Of a stretch of DNA of 64,000 nt, positions 61,895 to 64,000 are shown piece after piece (position 1 is the stretch's first letter; every line of letters begins with the position of its first letter). The position numbers and the translations under genes were made by a program. This DNA is from a virus: IMG/VR virus record IMGVR_UViG_3300010224_000007. One strand, written 5' to 3'. Below the pieces are notes generated by a model that did not search any database, was not told the origin of the DNA, and worked only from the letters and a program-made list of their open reading frames with translations.

Positions 61895-62340
61895 CCAGGC
61901 ATAACCCAGCCGTGGTCGTGGTCGACGAAGTGGACCTCTTCCATCTTACGGACGTGGATGATCTGGTCGCCGACCTCCAGCTTGAGCTTCTCGTCGCCGT
62001 TCAGGATCATGTCCTGGTAGAGGCTGGGATCGTCGACCACCACGTTCAGGACGTCATGTCCCTTGCCGCCGGTGACGCGAAAATTGTCGGTGTTGTAGGC
62101 AAAGAACGTGTCGTCACCAGAGCCCCCCCGCAAATGGTCGTGGCCGGCGAACGTCACGATCGTGTCGTTGCCATCCATGCCGGCGTAGGTGCTGTTGCGG
62201 ACAGCTGCGTCCTGGCCGTCCTCGGTACGGTCGACGATGGTGTCATTACCGTAGCGACCCCAGACGACGTTGTAGGCATCGTCGTTGAAAATGAAATCAT
62301 CTCCAGTGCTGCCGATGATCCCGTGAATATGCTTGCTCAT
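61891..62340 (-). CDS. Small RTX-repeat calcium-binding protein 2 (149 aa)
   Basis: GSTGDD, GRYGND, GMDGND, GGSGDD, GGKGHD repeats; GGAG RBS. Confidence 0.85.
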   Translation of the reverse strand: MSKHIHGIIGSTGDDFIFNDDAYNVVWGRYGNDTIVDRTEDGQDAAVRNSTYAGMDGNDTIVTFAGHDHLRGGSGDDTFFAYNTDNFRVTGGKGHDVLNVVVDDPSLYQDMILNGDEKLKLEVGDQIIHVRKMEEVHFVDHDHGWVMPG

Positions 62341-62437
62341 GCTATGCTCCTGTGTCGGGAGCCAGCGGCTCCCGAGCTTGGGTTAGAGGGTCGTTTGTGA
62401 CATTTCCAGTGCGGATTTTAGCACTGGTGCAGATAGC

Positions 62438-62743
62438 CTACTGCGAGGACTCTTCTGTCTCTTCACCTTCGGCGTCGGTGTCGACGTTGGTCGGTTCGAA
62501 CGTCGGGACGGCCGGCAGTTCCTGGACGATGACATAGGCCAGCTTGTCGAAGCGGACGAACATCGGCGGGAGGTTGCGCCACTGGACCATCATCCACCGG
62601 CTTGTGAAGCCGTGGACTTTGGCGGCGTGGACCTGCTCGGTATCGCCGCCGAAGATGAACAGGTTGCGGTCACTGAATTCGAACGTGACAACAACCTCCT
62701 TGCCGGCTGCTTTGAGCTGCTTGATCTGGTCATAGGGGGTCAT
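62438..62743 (-). CDS. Hypothetical protein (101 aa)
   Basis: ATGA coupling; acidic tail. Confidence 0.55.
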   Translation of the reverse strand: MTPYDQIKQLKAAGKEVVVTFEFSDRNLFIFGGDTEQVHAAKVHGFTSRWMMVQWRNLPPMFVRFDKLAYVIVQELPAVPTFEPTNVDTDAEGEETEESSQ

Positions 62744-63135
62744 GGTGCGAATAGTCCTTTCGTTAGGTCGCGGTAGTTGTTCTTGCCGATGAGGGTGATC
62801 GCCTCACGGGCTATTCGAGCGCGGGCCTCGTAGATGCCAGCCTGTCGCTCTTTGCGTTTGATGAAGCTGTGCTTGGCTTCGTCGATCGAGGGGAGTGCGA
62901 ACCGCTTGGTCCAGGTGTGGCAGATGAACCGTGGCTCGCCGTGGACCTTGATCCAGACGCCTTTCGGCGTGTGGCGGATCACGGGGTATGCCCAGAGCTT
63001 TACGATGGTTCTGGATGGGCCGGGTTCCCACTCACCGTGAATGTCCCAGCCACCGGTGCTCTCTCGACCATCCTCGTAGCGATAGTAAAGTTCACGCTCG
63101 GTTTGCGTAGTAGAGATCGAAGGTGGATTGAGCAT
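62740..63135 (-). CDS. Hypothetical protein (131 aa)
   Basis: YPVIRHTPKGVWI motif; operon position. Confidence 0.6.
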   Translation of the reverse strand: MLNPPSISTTQTERELYYRYEDGRESTGGWDIHGEWEPGPSRTIVKLWAYPVIRHTPKGVWIKVHGEPRFICHTWTKRFALPSIDEAKHSFIKRKERQAGIYEARARIAREAITLIGKNNYRDLTKGLFAP

Positions 63136-63517
63136 CGTCCTTGGTTCTGGGCCTTTCCTTCAGGTTTATCCCAGTAAAGAGAATCGGAATACACCAAGCG
63201 CAGTCTTCCTCGAAGCATGCAAACCTGATGGGTTCCTCGGTGCCGCCGATGTAGCGCTTGCTGCGAACCATGTAGGGGTGCATGAGCACGTTGCGCCGGC
63301 CGGGGCCACGGGCGCGGGTCGCGATCTCTGGTTCCGCGTGGGGTTTGATCGCAGCCTGTTCCTCGGGAGTGAATGCATCCCAGGAGATGACAAAGCCCCC
63401 ATGGCCGGAGCAGTGAAAGTAGAAAGCTCCGGCCCGGTTGGTGGCCTCAGACTGGGTGCCGCCTCGGCCCCAAAGAGCCTCGGCGATTGTGCGAGCTTCA
63501 GCGTGAGTGAGGTTCAT
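63092..63517 (-). CDS. Hypothetical protein (possibly DUF7007-like)
   Basis: WG....Q...GAFYF..SGHGGFV...FEEDCAW pattern. Confidence 0.55.
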   Translation of the reverse strand: MNLTHAEARTIAEALWGRGGTQSEATNRAGAFYFHCSGHGGFVISWDAFTPEEQAAIKPHAEPEIATRARGPGRRNVLMHPYMVRSKRYIGGTEEPIRFACFEEDCAWCIPILFTGINLKERPRTKDDAQSTFDLYYANRA

Positions 63518-63894
63518 GCCACCTTCACCATAGGTATGGCACCCATGAGCATCGTCATGTCGACAACGAGACCCTGCTCGGTCAGCTCGAACGGCAGATA
63601 GGTGACAGGGAAGTCGCTGGCAGTCATGCCGATGCGATTGACCGAGAACGAGACGCTGCGGGTCTTCTCGTTCATGGTGTAGGCGTTCTGCGTCCTGGTG
63701 CCCACCTTGACGATCGCAACCTTGCCCTCGTCATCGCCGCTGCCAGCCAACACCTTCACGAAGTCGGGCCGGCCCAGCTTGCGGTACAGGTTCTGGTCGA
63801 TCGTGATCCGCATTGTCCTGTTCTTGCAGCTCATGTTGACGCCCTTCATTGGTTTGTTGCCGAAGAACGAACCCTTTTCGATTTCTTGAAACAT
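63514..63894 (-). CDS. Hypothetical protein (126 aa)
   Basis: ATGA coupling; beta-rich sequence. Confidence 0.55.
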   Translation of the reverse strand: MFQEIEKGSFFGNKPMKGVNMSCKNRTMRITIDQNLYRKLGRPDFVKVLAGSGDDEGKVAIVKVGTRTQNAYTMNEKTRSVSFSVNRIGMTASDFPVTYLPFELTEQGLVVDMTMLMGAIPMVKVA

Positions 63895-63919
63895 GCTTGT
63901 AGTCTTTCAGTGAGGAAGA

Positions 63920-64000
63920 TTATGCGGCCTGGGCCACGGTGTGGGGCTCGTACTCGAAGAACACGATGCCATTCTCGATCCGGTACGGAATCTGTTCCGA
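63920..64000 (-). CDS. C-terminus of a gene starting beyond the window
   Basis: ...SEQIPYRIENGIVFFEYEPHTVAQAA* is open to the window edge. Confidence 0.5.
   Translation of the reverse strand, partial: SEQIPYRIENGIVFFEYEPHTVAQAA

Noticed and set aside
62355-62427. Hairpins upstream of RTX protein 2 as a riboswitch
   Set aside because: Two simple stems (TCGGGAGCC/GGCTCCCGA and CCAGTGC/GCACTGG) with no recognisable aptamer; more likely stability or termination elements.

Overview
This window looks like part of a temperate, long-tailed (siphovirus-like) dsDNA phage genome. The host is probably an alphaproteobacterium, possibly Rhizobiales (inferred from high GC, RTX and TAXI genes, and the tRNA-Thr att sequence). 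1-25.7 kb (+): end of the major capsid gene, head-tail connectors, major tail protein, frameshifted tail chaperones, a 1908-aa tape measure with a lysozyme domain, a lambda-like tail tip (M, L, NlpC, JAB, I, J), a 1434-aa fibre and a holin/SAR-endolysin/spanin cassette. 25.7-47 kb (-): nucleotide metabolism and replication (class II RNR, three or four dNTP hydrolases, SbcCD, exonucleases, resolvase, ThyA, ligase, family A polymerase, putative SSB, SF2 helicase). 47-48.5 kb: an unrecombined attP carrying the 5' half of tRNA-Thr(UGU), plus integrase and excisionase. 48.5-64 kb (-): accessory region with rIIA/rIIB, an M28-like peptidase, two small RTX proteins, RtcB, a frameshifted TAXI-type binding protein and an RNA island at about 59.6-61.3 kb that the ORF track does not show. 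The island holds a 115-nt tRNA-shaped RNA, two tandem circularly permuted tRNA-like units, tRNA-Asn, a structured spacer, a compact permuted two-piece tmRNA (tag ANDNVAFVETAALAA), an HNH nuclease overlapping it, and a roughly 173-nt closed structured RNA with its own promoter. All family assignments come from motifs read by eye and all RNA folds from manual base-pairing. No database searches or folding programs were run.
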